Part shown: positions 17,107 to 26,973 of the stretch, piece after piece | Numbering within the stretch: position 1 is the first letter of the stretch | How the letters are laid out: each line of letters begins with the position of its first letter | Source of the DNA: Pseudomonadota bacterium | GTDB lineage: Bacteria > Pseudomonadota > Alphaproteobacteria > Caulobacterales > Hyphomonadaceae | DNA: 64,000 nucleotides | Direction of reading: 5' to 3' | Assembly: GCA_038747245.1 (NCBI GenBank) | Contig: JBCDJY010000005.1 | Location: 37,356-101,355 of the forward strand | Position numbers and translations under genes: made by a program | The notes under the pieces: model-generated | The model's database searches: none | The model's input: the letters and a program-made list of their open reading frames with translations, nothing else | What the model was told of the DNA's origin: nothing

Positions 17107-19998
17107 CTAGAAGCGTGCGGTGGCGCGCACGAAGAAGGTGCGTCCAAACACGTCATAGGTGGCCGGATAGGTGTTGGCCTGCTCCTGGTTGTCACCAAGG
17201 ATCGGCGGCTCTTCATCCAGCAGATTGTCGATGCCGCCCGTGAGCGTGAAATTGTCGTTCACGTCATAGGAGCCTGACAGGTCGAAGTAATCGAAGGCGT
17301 CGATGTCTTCGACCGCGACTTGGAAGCCGAGGCCGCCATCATCGCTGACCTCGCCAACCCGGCGCCAGAGCAGTTGGGCGCGGAACGGCCCTTGTCCCCA
17401 ACGCGCGGTGACGCGGTGTGAGTATTCCGGGATCGGCTCGCCGCAGTCTGCGCCAAACAGGCCGGCACAGGCCAGGGGCTCGCCGCCTTCGAACGGAACC
17501 AGCGTATTGTCGTCGGTGAACGTGCCGAGATAGTTGAAGGCGAACAGGCCGTAGTCAGTGTCGAATGTGTACTCGGCCTGAACGTCGATGCCCTCAAGGG
17601 TCAACAAGGCGACGTTCTGAGAGGTCACCGACACGGACAGGATTTGTCCGCCGGCGCCGCGCTCGATCACGTTACAGAACGGCGAGCCAACGCCGCCCAG
17701 TTCGGTATCGGTGTAGCAGGTCGACAGCACATTGTTGGCGCCGCCGCCGAAGGCCGAGATCACGTCTTCCACTTCGATGTCGAAATAGTCCACCGAAACG
17801 GTGAGCCCTTCGAGGAAGTTGGGGGACGCGACAAATCCGACGGTGAGCGTTTCAGCTTCCTCAGCTTCCAGGTCGGGGTTACCGCCCGACAGCTGACGAA
17901 CCTGGCCGGAGGGCGGATCGATCAAAGCCGAACCGACATTTGCGGCCGGAACGCCCGTGGCTTCACAGATTGCCGCCACGGCGGCGTCGCCGTTGAACGC
18001 GGACGAACACGGGTCGCTCGCGCCGGGGAAACCTTCTGCCTGCGGTGCAAACAGCTCGCTGATCGAGGGGGCCCGAACAGCCGTGTTGAACGAGGCCCGG
18101 AAGCGAAGTTGATCGTTCGGCGCGTACTCGCCGGCGATCTTGTAGGCTTCCACGCCGCCGGCCGTGCTGTAGTCCTCGTAGCGGTAAGCAAGCTCAAAGG
18201 CGAGCAGGTCAGCGTAGGCCGCTTCGCTGATAATGGGCAGGTAGGCCTCGCCATAGATGCCGTAGACGTCGAACTGGCCAGAAACAGCAGGGGCGCCGTT
18301 GAAGCCGGCGATCGTGCCTGCGGCGAGGTCTTGCGACGGACGGAACGCGAACACCTCTTCGCGGTACTCGATACCGCCGGCAAGGCCGATGGGCCCGCCC
18401 GGAAGCTCGAAGGCGCCCGATGTGTCGCCGGTGATGTTGGCGACAAAGTTGGTGACTTCATAGTCGGCCTCAGAAACCACTGCGGTGCGCAGGAATGCAG
18501 CAGCGTCTTCTGAAATGTTACCCTCACCGAAGATGTTCAGCGGGGTACAACCAATCGTAGAGCCGTTTGACCCGCCGTCGGAACAGGTTGGGTTCCCATT
18601 GGCGTCCACGTCGACATTGCCGTCGCCATCGGCGTCAGCCAGCAGCAGGGCTTGCTCGAAGCGGTCGCGGTTGACGTTACCGATCTGTGCGGTGGAGTTC
18701 TTCACCCGGCCTTCTTGGAAGTAAGCGTCAAGCGTCCAGGTGTCGGTGAGATCGACCGTGATGCCAGCCTGGAGCTGTAAGGCGGTGAACTCATCGTCGG
18801 AAATCCGCGGGCCGACTTCTTCGAGACGGCGGCGAATACCGAACCCGCCCACCGTGGCGGTATCGGAGATACCGTCGCCATCGGTGTCTTCAGCATCACC
18901 AATCTCGGCCGAGATGATGGCCTGGGCGTCGGGGGTGATGAAGGGGTTGCCGTCGAGTGAGAAAGTCGTGCCCGACTGGAAGATCGGCGTCGGCGCGAGC
19001 TGCTGGGGCACATCATTGTTTGCAAACAAGGCCGATGCGTAGACCGTGACATCTTCATTGATGTCATAGTCGGTTTTCGCGGTGACCTGGAAGCGCTCCT
19101 GCGGCAGCTGGATGTAGTTTACAGGCGCGTAGTTGTATGCATCGACACTGCCATCGTAGAGGCGGATTGAACCGTCTTGCTCGAAAATGGCGGCGCCGCT
19201 GGTGCCGTCTGGGAAGTCGAAGGATGCACCACCGAAGATGGCGCCCTGGGGCACGCCCGAGGAGCCGCCGTCGAACAGGTTGCCGGCACCGTCATCAAAC
19301 TGGGCGAAGAAGGCAAAATCCCGGTCGCCCTGGAACAGTTCTTCGCGGCTGTTGTAGCCGAGGCTGATCACGGCATTACCGCGGCCCTCTGCGTAGTTGC
19401 CGCCCATCGTCAGGGCCGCCGACCATAGGTCTGCGTCGCCTTCCTGGGTGACCTCGTAGCCGGCAGACGCCTCCACGCCCTCAAAATCGTCCTTGAGGAT
19501 GAAGTTCACAACGCCGGCGATGGCGTCCGAGCCATAAACGGCTGATGCACCGCCCGTGACCACTTCGACGCGCTCGATCAGCGCTGCGGGAATGTTGTTG
19601 ATGTCGACCACGCCGCCGCCAGTGGTCGGCACGATGCGCTTGCCGTCGACGAGGACGAGCGTCCGGATGGCGCCAAGGCCGCGCAGGTCGACGGTCGCGG
19701 TGCCGTTACCTGGGTTGTTGGACGTCCGGTCGAGGCCGGGAACGGTTTGGGGCAGGGTGTTGAGAAGGCCTTCGGTGTTGACCGTGCCCGTCAGCTCGAA
19801 CTGCTCGGCGCCCACCGTGGCGATGGGGCTGTTGGACACGAAGTCGAGACGCTGGATCCGCGATCCGGTGACTGTGACCGTCTCTTGGACGGCTTCTTCA
19901 TCTTCTTGTGCGAGGGCCGGCGCGCCGGCGAGCCCAAGTGCTGCGCCCGCGAATACGGACGAAGCAAGTAGGCGTGATTTGAGAGAATACCCGTTCAC
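17107..19998 (-). CDS. TonB-dependent outer-membrane receptor
   Basis: Signal peptide ending APALAQ and a plug region (ETVTVTGSRIQ..., DLRGLG..., VLVDGKR). A long beta-barrel ends in the aromatic C-terminus TARF. GTG 19998 has GGAGG 8 nt upstream, whereas the ORF-track TTG at 20013 overlaps that RBS. Confidence 0.9.
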   Translation of the reverse strand: MNGYSLKSRLLASSVFAGAALGLAGAPALAQEDEEAVQETVTVTGSRIQRLDFVSNSPIATVGAEQFELTGTVNTEGLLNTLPQTVPGLDRTSNNPGNGTATVDLRGLGAIRTLVLVDGKRIVPTTGGGVVDINNIPAALIERVEVVTGGASAVYGSDAIAGVVNFILKDDFEGVEASAGYEVTQEGDADLWSAALTMGGNYAEGRGNAVISLGYNSREELFQGDRDFAFFAQFDDGAGNLFDGGSSGVPQGAIFGGASFDFPDGTSGAAIFEQDGSIRLYDGSVDAYNYAPVNYIQLPQERFQVTAKTDYDINEDVTVYASALFANNDVPQQLAPTPIFQSGTTFSLDGNPFITPDAQAIISAEIGDAEDTDGDGISDTATVGGFGIRRRLEEVGPRISDDEFTALQLQAGITVDLTDTWTLDAYFQEGRVKNSTAQIGNVNRDRFEQALLLADADGDGNVDVDANGNPTCSDGGSNGSTIGCTPLNIFGEGNISEDAAAFLRTAVVSEADYEVTNFVANITGDTSGAFELPGGPIGLAGGIEYREEVFAFRPSQDLAAGTIAGFNGAPAVSGQFDVYGIYGEAYLPIISEAAYADLLAFELAYRYEDYSTAGGVEAYKIAGEYAPNDQLRFRASFNTAVRAPSISELFAPQAEGFPGASDPCSSAFNGDAAVAAICEATGVPAANVGSALIDPPSGQVRQLSGGNPDLEAEEAETLTVGFVASPNFLEGLTVSVDYFDIEVEDVISAFGGGANNVLSTCYTDTELGGVGSPFCNVIERGAGGQILSVSVTSQNVALLTLEGIDVQAEYTFDTDYGLFAFNYLGTFTDDNTLVPFEGGEPLACAGLFGADCGEPIPEYSHRVTARWGQGPFRAQLLWRRVGEVSDDGGLGFQVAVEDIDAFDYFDLSGSYDVNDNFTLTGGIDNLLDEEPPILGDNQEQANTYPATYDVFGRTFFVRATARF

Positions 19999-20283
19999 GT
20001 GTGGAACCTCCAATAGGATTGCCGCTCTTTAGCTGAAGCCGGTCTCCCCGACCTGCTTGCTTGCTAAAGCTGTGGCAGGCGCCGCGTCAACGCGCTGTCA
20101 CAGGGCTGACAAAAAAACGCCGCGACTGTGTCTTATTCGCCGCAGTTGGCGGCACCGGTGCGCAGCGCGCCTAAGGCCGGCGAGAATATGCAGCCCCAAA
20201 ACGCCCGGAAAGACGAAATAAATCGCCGGGCCTCGCCCAGCCTCAACACCCGGGCGGAAGAATAACCCGCCGGCCGCCGCCTG

Positions 20284-21903
20284 TCACGACGGCAAGGCGG
20301 GGCAAAGATACCTGGAGCGGTGAATGTCGACCACATTGTCGGCCCAGCCTGTCAGGGTCGGGTCAACCATGTTCTGGTTCACGGCAAACCACATCGGCGT
20401 CAGCGGCACCTCGTCGAGCATGATTTGCTCTGCCTGGGCCAGAAGGTCAGCGCGCCGATCAAGGTCGAGCTCCAGGTTTGAGGCGGTCAGCAGCGCGTCG
20501 TACTCGCTGTTGTTGAACGCGCCGTAATTGAGCTGCCCGGTGTCGCTTTCCAAAAGATAAAGGAAATTCTGCGGATCATTATAGTCGGCCACCCAGCCTG
20601 CATCGGAGACTTCGAAGTCGCCCTCGCGCAGCCGGGCATAGAGCACCTTCGTGTCCTGGAGGAGCAGCTCGGGCTCGACCCAGTCGGCAATCTGCTTCCA
20701 GTTTTGCTGGGCCACGGGCGGCGGCTTCATGTTATCGCCGGTGTTGCGATACATGTAGGTGAACTCCAGGGGCCGCTCGGGGCCGAAGCCCGCCTCCTCC
20801 AACAGCCGGCGGGCCTCAAGCAGGCGTTTAGACCTCGGCATGTCGGCCCAATCCACCCGCGGTGCCTCGTCCGGGTCGAGGTAATTGTCGATGCCAGGCG
20901 GCACGAAATTATAGGCCGGAAGGAAGCCGGGCGTGAGCACATTCTGGGTCATGAACTCCCGGTCCAGGGCCATGGACAGCGCCTTGCGCACGCGCACATC
21001 GTCAAACGGCGCCACGCGCTGGTTGAACACCCAATAGGTCACTGTCAAAGATGGGTCGGCGCGCACCCAGCCGGGCAAACGCCGCTCTATCTCTTCCTTC
21101 CGCGGGCCTTCAAAGCCGTTATTTATGTCGAGCTCTCCGGCCTCGATCATTCGCTCCACGGCGTTGAGGTCGGAGATTGGAAAATAGGCGACGCTATCGA
21201 AGCACAGCTCTTCTGCGCCGCTCCAAAGGTCATTCTTCACGACGATGAGCGATGAGCCCACCGTCCAATCGATCAGCTTGTAGGGCCCGTTCACGGCGAT
21301 GTTCTCTGGGCGGATCCACCGGTCGCCATGTTCCTCGATCACATGTTTCGGCACGGGATACGTTGTATAGTGGGTGAGCAGGCCCGGCAGGTAGGGCGCT
21401 GGGTATTCAAGCGTGATTTCGAAGGTGTAGTCGTCGAGCGCGCGCACGCCGAGGTCTTCAGGCTCCACTTCGCCGCGGTTTAGGGCGGCGGCGTTTTTCA
21501 CGCCCCATAGGAGCGAGGCATACTGGCTGGCGGTGGCCGGGTCCTGCAGGCGCTGGAAGGCGAAAACGAAGTCATGGGCGGTTAGGGGCGTGCCGTCCGA
21601 CCAGACGGTCTCACTCAGCTCAAAGGTCCACACCGTTTGCGTGTCATCCACCGAGTAGCTTTTCGCGACGCCGAGTTCCGGGCGGCCATCGGCGCTGGTG
21701 ACGAACAGGCCATTGAACATGTCGCCCAGGATAATGTTCTCCCATTGAGCTGAGCTTTTGTGGGGATCGAGCGTGTCGGGATTGGCCGAAATGCCGCGCC
21801 GCAGCATCTCGCCATACTGGGCGTCGTCGCCCCCGCCGCATGCCGCAAGGCCCACCAGGGCAGCGGCGGCCAGGGCCCGGCTCCAACTGCGCAGAAACGC
21901 CAT
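20284..21903 (-). CDS. ABC transporter substrate-binding lipoprotein, peptide/nickel (family 5, OppA/DppA-like)
   Basis: ATG 21903 has GAGGAG 6 nt upstream and gives a lipoprotein signal LVGLAACGG. The 540-aa length and overall pattern fit family-5 SBPs. The 5' extension in the ORF track is rejected. Confidence 0.85.
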   Translation of the reverse strand: MAFLRSWSRALAAAALVGLAACGGGDDAQYGEMLRRGISANPDTLDPHKSSAQWENIILGDMFNGLFVTSADGRPELGVAKSYSVDDTQTVWTFELSETVWSDGTPLTAHDFVFAFQRLQDPATASQYASLLWGVKNAAALNRGEVEPEDLGVRALDDYTFEITLEYPAPYLPGLLTHYTTYPVPKHVIEEHGDRWIRPENIAVNGPYKLIDWTVGSSLIVVKNDLWSGAEELCFDSVAYFPISDLNAVERMIEAGELDINNGFEGPRKEEIERRLPGWVRADPSLTVTYWVFNQRVAPFDDVRVRKALSMALDREFMTQNVLTPGFLPAYNFVPPGIDNYLDPDEAPRVDWADMPRSKRLLEARRLLEEAGFGPERPLEFTYMYRNTGDNMKPPPVAQQNWKQIADWVEPELLLQDTKVLYARLREGDFEVSDAGWVADYNDPQNFLYLLESDTGQLNYGAFNNSEYDALLTASNLELDLDRRADLLAQAEQIMLDEVPLTPMWFAVNQNMVDPTLTGWADNVVDIHRSRYLCPALPS

Positions 21904-22042
21904 GTCGATCTCCTCTTCAGGCTCCTCCGGCCTGGGCGCTCTGCCCGGGCCTGTGGATGGGGGCTGTATTTTCCCAGCGCCGCTGCCACAATGCAGTCGG
22001 TCAAGGCAATACCAGCCTGGCGAAGATGAGCAGGATGTGAAC

Positions 22043-22567
22043 ATGACCCTTCGACACGCCCTGTTTTTGGGCACGGCCGCGGCCTTTCTGCCCGCAGCGG
22101 CCCTCGCCGACGACGCCGTGTCGACCGACGCGCTCTACGCCTGCGCCGAGACCGCCGACGATGCGGCGCGCCTTGCATGCTACGACGCCGCCGTCGGGCG
22201 CCTCCAGGAAGCCGAGGCGGCTGGTGAGATCACCACGGTGACCCGCGAAGAAGTCGAGGAGGTCCAGCGCGGCACGTTCGGGTTTTCGCTGCCCTCGTTT
22301 TCCGCCCTCGCCCTGCCACGCCTCGGCGGCGATGACGACGATGACGGCCAGATCGATTCGATTGTCTCGCCCGTGGCTAAGATAGAGCGAAACGCTTTCG
22401 ACATGGCGGTGGTGACCCTTGAGAATGGCCAGGTCTGGCGCCAGACCGAGGGGCGGATGATGTCAATCAGGGGCGTTGAAGAAGCCGAAGTGCTGCGGGC
22501 GGCCTTGGGCAGTTTCAAGATGAAACTCGATGGCGGGCGCGCCTTTCGGGTGCGCCGGGTGCAATAG
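22043..22567 (+). CDS. Secreted hypothetical protein
   Basis: Internal ATG of ORF 21758..22567 gives signal peptide LFLGTAAAFLPAAALA. It has a Cys pair (YACAE...RLACYD), an acidic DDDDD linker and a C-terminal beta-rich part. No family is recognised. Confidence 0.65.
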   Translation: MTLRHALFLGTAAAFLPAAALADDAVSTDALYACAETADDAARLACYDAAVGRLQEAEAAGEITTVTREEVEEVQRGTFGFSLPSFSALALPRLGGDDDDDGQIDSIVSPVAKIERNAFDMAVVTLENGQVWRQTEGRMMSIRGVEEAEVLRAALGSFKMKLDGGRAFRVRRVQ

Positions 22568-22570
22568 GGG

Positions 22571-23476
22571 TCAGCGCTCCTTCGGGTCGAGCGCGTCGCG
22601 CAGCCCATCGCCGAGGAAGTTGAGCGCCAGCAGCGTGACTGCCATGGTTCCAGCGGGGATCAGCAGCATCCAGGGCCGGTCGCGCATCTCATTGGCGCCT
22701 TGGCTGATCAGCACGCCCAGCGAGGTGAGCGGCTCGTTCACGCCCAGGCCGAGGAAGGACAGGAAACTCTCCGCCAGGATCACCACGGGGATGGTCAGCG
22801 TCACGTACACGGCAACCGGGCCGATGACATTCGGCAAAACATGGCGGCGGATCATGGCCAGTTGGCTGACGCCGGCCGCCCGCGCTGCTTCGATGAACTC
22901 GCGGCTTTTGATCGCCAGGGTCTGGCCACGCACGATGCGCGCCATGGTCAGCCATTCGATCGCCCCGATGGCGGCAAAGATCAGAAAGATGTTCTGGCCG
23001 AACACCGTGATCAGCAAGATGACGAAGAAAATGAAGGGCAGCGCATAGAGCACGTCGACGATGCGCATCATGATATTGTCCACCCGCCCGCCGATGAACC
23101 CGGCCAGGGCGCCCCAGGTCACGCCGATGACGAGGGACACCAGCGTTGCCACCACGCCGACCATGAGCGAAATGCGCAGGGCGACCATCAGCCGGGCCAG
23201 ATAGTCCCGGCCGACATAATCGGTGCCCAGCAGGTGGCCATTCTCCAAGGTTGGCGGGATTTTGATCAGGGTGGATTGTGCCTCGCTGTCGTGAATCCAA
23301 AGCGCCGGGCCGATGGCGGCGATCACCACCAGCACAGCAAGGATCCACATGGAGGCCACAGCGGCGCGGTTGCGCAGGAGCCGCGTGCGCGCATCATCCC
23401 AGAGCGAGCGGCCCGATACGATGGCCTCTTCGACGGCCGCCTCTATGGCGTGGGGGTCGCCCGCCGCATCACTCAT
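22571..23476 (-). CDS. ABC transporter permease (DppC/OppC-like)
   Basis: Polytopic. The EAA-loop-like segment FIEAARAAGVSQLAMIRRHVLPN is typical of binding-protein-dependent permeases. Confidence 0.9.
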   Translation of the reverse strand: MSDAAGDPHAIEAAVEEAIVSGRSLWDDARTRLLRNRAAVASMWILAVLVVIAAIGPALWIHDSEAQSTLIKIPPTLENGHLLGTDYVGRDYLARLMVALRISLMVGVVATLVSLVIGVTWGALAGFIGGRVDNIMMRIVDVLYALPFIFFVILLITVFGQNIFLIFAAIGAIEWLTMARIVRGQTLAIKSREFIEAARAAGVSQLAMIRRHVLPNVIGPVAVYVTLTIPVVILAESFLSFLGLGVNEPLTSLGVLISQGANEMRDRPWMLLIPAGTMAVTLLALNFLGDGLRDALDPKER

Positions 23477-24435
23477 CAGTCGTAACTCACTTTTGGGTCG
23501 AGCACCGCATAGAGAATGTCGGCAATCAGGTTGAGGGCGATGATCAGGCCCGCATAAATAATGATTGCGCCCATCACCAGCGTGTAGTCCCGGTTGATGG
23601 CGCCATCGACGAAATAGCTGCCCATGCCGGGCAGCGAGAAGACCCGCTCGACCACGACCGAGCCCGTCATCACGCCGGCCGTGGCCGGGCCGACATAGGA
23701 AATCAGAGGCAATAGGGCCGAGGGCAGGGCGTGGCCGGTAATCACCTGGCGCTCAGAAAGGCCCTTGGAGCGCGCGGTGCGAATGTGGGGCATGCGCATG
23801 GTCTCAATCATCGACGCGCGCATCAGCCTGGAGATGATTGCGATTTGGGGCAGCGCCAGGGTGATCACCGGCAGGGTGAGATTGTCGAAGCCAAGCCCCG
23901 GCGGGAAGCCGAGCCCGCCTGCGGAGAACACCCCCGCCCCCAGGGCCAGGCCAAGGATCAAAAGCGGCCCGCTGACAAAGGTTGGCACTGAAATGCCCAC
24001 CATGGCGACGCCCATCACGCCATAGTCGGCCGGTGTGTTCTGCTTCAGGCCGGCCAGGATGCCCAGGCCGCCACCAATGATAATGGCGAGCAGCATCGAG
24101 AGGCCGCCAATGGTAAGGCTGATGGGCAGCCCGTCGGCGATCAGCTCGCTGACATCCTTGTCCTTGATCTTGAAGCTTGGGCCGAAATCACCCTGCACCA
24201 CGTCGCCCAGATACTTGAAGTATTGCACGTGGACCGGATCATCGAGGCCATACTTGGCCGCGATCGCCCGCTCGGTCTCCACCGGCAGCAGGCGGTCGGC
24301 CGAGAACGGCCCGCCCGGCGCGGCCCGCATCATGAAGAACGCCACCGTGATGATCGCAAGAAGGGTGGGCACCGCAATGATCAGCCGGCGCAGCAGGTAG
24401 CCGAGCGGGATGCGGCCCAGAAGTCGATTTAGCAT
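23476..24435 (-). CDS. ABC transporter permease (DppB/OppB-like)
   Basis: Polytopic, with EAA-loop-like HIRTARSKGLSERQVITGHALPSA. ATG 24435 is preferred over GTG 24459. Its stop overlaps the start of the next permease gene by 1 nt. Confidence 0.9.
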   Translation of the reverse strand: MLNRLLGRIPLGYLLRRLIIAVPTLLAIITVAFFMMRAAPGGPFSADRLLPVETERAIAAKYGLDDPVHVQYFKYLGDVVQGDFGPSFKIKDKDVSELIADGLPISLTIGGLSMLLAIIIGGGLGILAGLKQNTPADYGVMGVAMVGISVPTFVSGPLLILGLALGAGVFSAGGLGFPPGLGFDNLTLPVITLALPQIAIISRLMRASMIETMRMPHIRTARSKGLSERQVITGHALPSALLPLISYVGPATAGVMTGSVVVERVFSLPGMGSYFVDGAINRDYTLVMGAIIIYAGLIIALNLIADILYAVLDPKVSYD

Positions 24436-24562
24436 TTCGGCTGGGCGATCACGGGACACTCACGTATTTCTCAAGCGCGCGCCGGTTGGCAGCCCGCCCG
24501 TACATGCTTAGCTTCGCCAAGCATAAAGCCTTGTCAATGTTTTGCCCGAGGACGGAGCGCCC

Positions 24563-24973
24563 ATGGCCGATATCCGAAACGTGACCGAAACGTTTGCCGT
24601 GGCGCCGCAAATCTCGCCGGGCGATGTCGACGAGATTGCGGCGGCAGGCTTCAAGACGTTGATCGCAAACCGCCCCGATGGCGAGGGCGGGCTCGACCAG
24701 CCACGCATGGGCCAGATCCGCGCCAGGGCGGAAGCGGCTGGCCTCGACTTTGTCGCCCTGCCTTTCTCTGGCGCGCCGACACCGGAGATCGTCGAGCGCA
24801 CCGGCCATATCCTATCAGAAGCCAAAACGCCGATCCTCGCCTATTGCCGCACCGGCACGCGGTCGATCACCGCCTGGGCCCTGGTCCATGGCGGCCAGGG
24901 CATGGCCGATGAAATCATCGAGGCAGGCGCCCGGGCAGGCTATGATTTATCAAGCTTAAAGTCGCTTTTGTGA
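24563..24973 (+). CDS. TIGR01244/DUF442-like phosphatase-fold protein
   Basis: ISPGDVDEIAAAGFKTLIANRPDGE...QP...ILAYCRTGTRS. A Cys-X5-Arg-like loop (CRTGTRS) fits the DUF442/BLH N-terminal family (from memory). ATG 24563 has GGACGGAG upstream. Confidence 0.7.
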   Translation: MADIRNVTETFAVAPQISPGDVDEIAAAGFKTLIANRPDGEGGLDQPRMGQIRARAEAAGLDFVALPFSGAPTPEIVERTGHILSEAKTPILAYCRTGTRSITAWALVHGGQGMADEIIEAGARAGYDLSSLKSLL

Positions 24974-25088
24974 GCAATTGCTTGCAAAGCCGAATTTTCA
25001 CCACATTCCGACGGTTGAAGACACGCGGGCTGCGTGCACTTGACGCCTTCGGCCCCCAGCCCGGCCGGCCTGGCCATGGAGACGCGCA

Positions 25089-26024
25089 ATGTCGAACCGT
25101 TTTTGGCTGAGCGATTTCGAATATCGAAACGGCTCAATTCTGGTCAAGAAAACCGGCCACCGCGTGCCAGCCTCGCGCCGACTCGCCCAGGATGTCTTCA
25201 CCTGGCTGTCGTTTTACTCTTTCGCCCAGACCTGGCGCACCTGGCGCTTTCTGACCGGCCACAAGCGCCCGACGATCGCTTTTTTTCCAGACAAGCCGAG
25301 GCCCTGGTATTTCATCTGGCCGGTGATGCATGTCGCCGGGGCGAAGGTGATCGATGACCCCGCCCAGGCCGACATCGTGTTCCAATTCGATGACACCACC
25401 CAGACGGCGAATCCTGCGCCGGCGGCCCGCCCGGGCGCCCGGCTGGTCAATTTCGGATGTGACGACGTCTCCAAAAGCCGGGTCGCCGGGGCCTGGGCGC
25501 GCTGTGCAGGCTATGATTTGGCCGTCGATCCGCGCGTCCATACTGGCCCCATGGTGGAAAAATCGGAGATGAACGCCGCCCATGATGGACGCATTATCGA
25601 GGGGCCGATGGAGCCCGCGCCCGGCAAGACCTACCAACGCCTGATCGACAATGAGATTGACGGCGGCCTGGTTGAGGATCTTCGGTGCTGCATCGTCGGC
25701 GGCAAGCCAGCCATCGCCTTCCGCAAGCGCCGGCCCCTCTCGCGGCGGTTTCTCAACGAGAACGCCGAAGTGCTGCTCGACCTGCCGGGAAATTGTTATT
25801 CCCGCAGCGAACTGGACGTGATCGAAGCGTTTTGCGCTGACCTCGGCCTGGATTGGGGCGGGGTGGATGTGCTGCGCGACCGGGCGAGCGGCCGGCTCTA
25901 CGCCGTTGATGCCAATAAGACCGATATGGGCCCGCCTGTGGCGCTCAACCTCGGCGACCAATTGAAGGCCACGCGCCGCATGGCCCGGGCTTTCGCCGCG
26001 CGCCTCGCCCCGCGACGGCGCTAA
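25089..26024 (+). CDS. Hypothetical protein with a RimK-like ATP-grasp core
   Basis: The pattern follows the ATP-grasp fold: PMVEKSEMNAAHDGRII (ATP-binding strand-like), YQRLID, DLRCCIVGGKPAIAFRKR, and GLDWGGVDVLRDRASGRLYAVDANKTDMGPP (Mg/ATP site-like D...D.N..P). The N-terminal ~130 aa resemble nothing I recognise. Confidence 0.5.
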   Translation: MSNRFWLSDFEYRNGSILVKKTGHRVPASRRLAQDVFTWLSFYSFAQTWRTWRFLTGHKRPTIAFFPDKPRPWYFIWPVMHVAGAKVIDDPAQADIVFQFDDTTQTANPAPAARPGARLVNFGCDDVSKSRVAGAWARCAGYDLAVDPRVHTGPMVEKSEMNAAHDGRIIEGPMEPAPGKTYQRLIDNEIDGGLVEDLRCCIVGGKPAIAFRKRRPLSRRFLNENAEVLLDLPGNCYSRSELDVIEAFCADLGLDWGGVDVLRDRASGRLYAVDANKTDMGPPVALNLGDQLKATRRMARAFAARLAPRRR

Positions 26025-26047
26025 CCTCAAGGCGGCAGCACACTTCC

Positions 26048-26944
26048 ATGGCAATACCCTATGTAAGACAGTTCGACTTCGAATATGGCCGGCTCGACCA
26101 GGTCTCACCGCTGATCCAGCGGGTGGTCGCGGAGAATCCCGGGCCGTTCACCTATACGGGCACAGGCGTCTACATCGTTGGCGCAGGCACCGTGGCCGTG
26201 CTCGACCCAGGCCCCGCCATCGACGCCCATTTCGACGCCTTGAAGCGCGCTTTGGATGGGCGCGAGGTGTCCCATGTCCTCGTCTCCCACGGCCATTCCG
26301 ACCACTCCCCCCTGGCCCAGCCCCTGGCCGATTGGGCCGGGTGTAAAACCTACGCCCTGGCCAAGGCCATTCCCACGGCGAAGGGCATTTTGGGCTCCGA
26401 TGACGATCTGGGCTTTATTCCCGACGTGCAGATCGCCGATGGCGACACGATTTCAGGGCCGGGCTGGACGCTGGACGTGATCGCCACGCCGGGCCACACG
26501 AGCAACCATATCTGCTTTGGCCTGCGCGAAGAGAATGCGTGTTTTTCCGGCGACCACATCATGGGTTGGTCGACCACGGTGGTCTCGCCGCCCGACGGCG
26601 ATATGGAAGATTATCTTGCCAGCCTTAAGGCCGTGCGCGCACGCAAGTTCGACGCGCTCTGGCCGACCCATGGGCCGCCCGTGCTGGAGGATGTCACCGG
26701 CTTTATCGATGCCTACATCGCCCACCGCCACGAGCGGGAAGCCGCCATACTGGCGCGCCTGGAGCAGGGCGACGAGACCATTCCGAAGATGGTCGACACG
26801 ATTTACGCGGCCGTGGACCCGTCTCTGCACCCTGCGGCCTGCCACTCAGTGTTGGGCCACATTATAAAGCTCGTAAAAGAAAGGCGGGTCACCGCCTCCG
26901 ATGACCCGCCCTCCGTATCGAGTGTCTATCGCCTGGCCGACTGA
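26048..26944 (+). CDS. MBL-fold metallo-hydrolase (LACTB2-like)
   Basis: HxHxDH motif as VSHGHSDH, with downstream ATPGHTSNH and GDHIMGW. The C-terminal helical tail LGHIIKLVKERRV resembles the winged-helix extension of LACTB2-type enzymes (from memory). Confidence 0.85.
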   Translation: MAIPYVRQFDFEYGRLDQVSPLIQRVVAENPGPFTYTGTGVYIVGAGTVAVLDPGPAIDAHFDALKRALDGREVSHVLVSHGHSDHSPLAQPLADWAGCKTYALAKAIPTAKGILGSDDDLGFIPDVQIADGDTISGPGWTLDVIATPGHTSNHICFGLREENACFSGDHIMGWSTTVVSPPDGDMEDYLASLKAVRARKFDALWPTHGPPVLEDVTGFIDAYIAHRHEREAAILARLEQGDETIPKMVDTIYAAVDPSLHPAACHSVLGHIIKLVKERRVTASDDPPSVSSVYRLAD

Positions 26945-26973
26945 TCCCCAGGCAGCTTAATAGGCCAATTCAG

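Noticed and set aside
20111-20117. A7 run (T7 on the minus strand) downstream of the SBP gene, considered as a terminator tail
   Set aside because: I could not find a stable GC hairpin immediately preceding it on the minus strand.
24563-26944. DUF442-like and MBL genes considered as a split BLH-type persulfide dioxygenase
   Set aside because: The MBL protein has a LACTB2-like C-terminal helical extension rather than an ETHE1-like layout (from memory). An unrelated ATP-grasp-like gene also separates the two. I kept this only as a neighbourhood observation.
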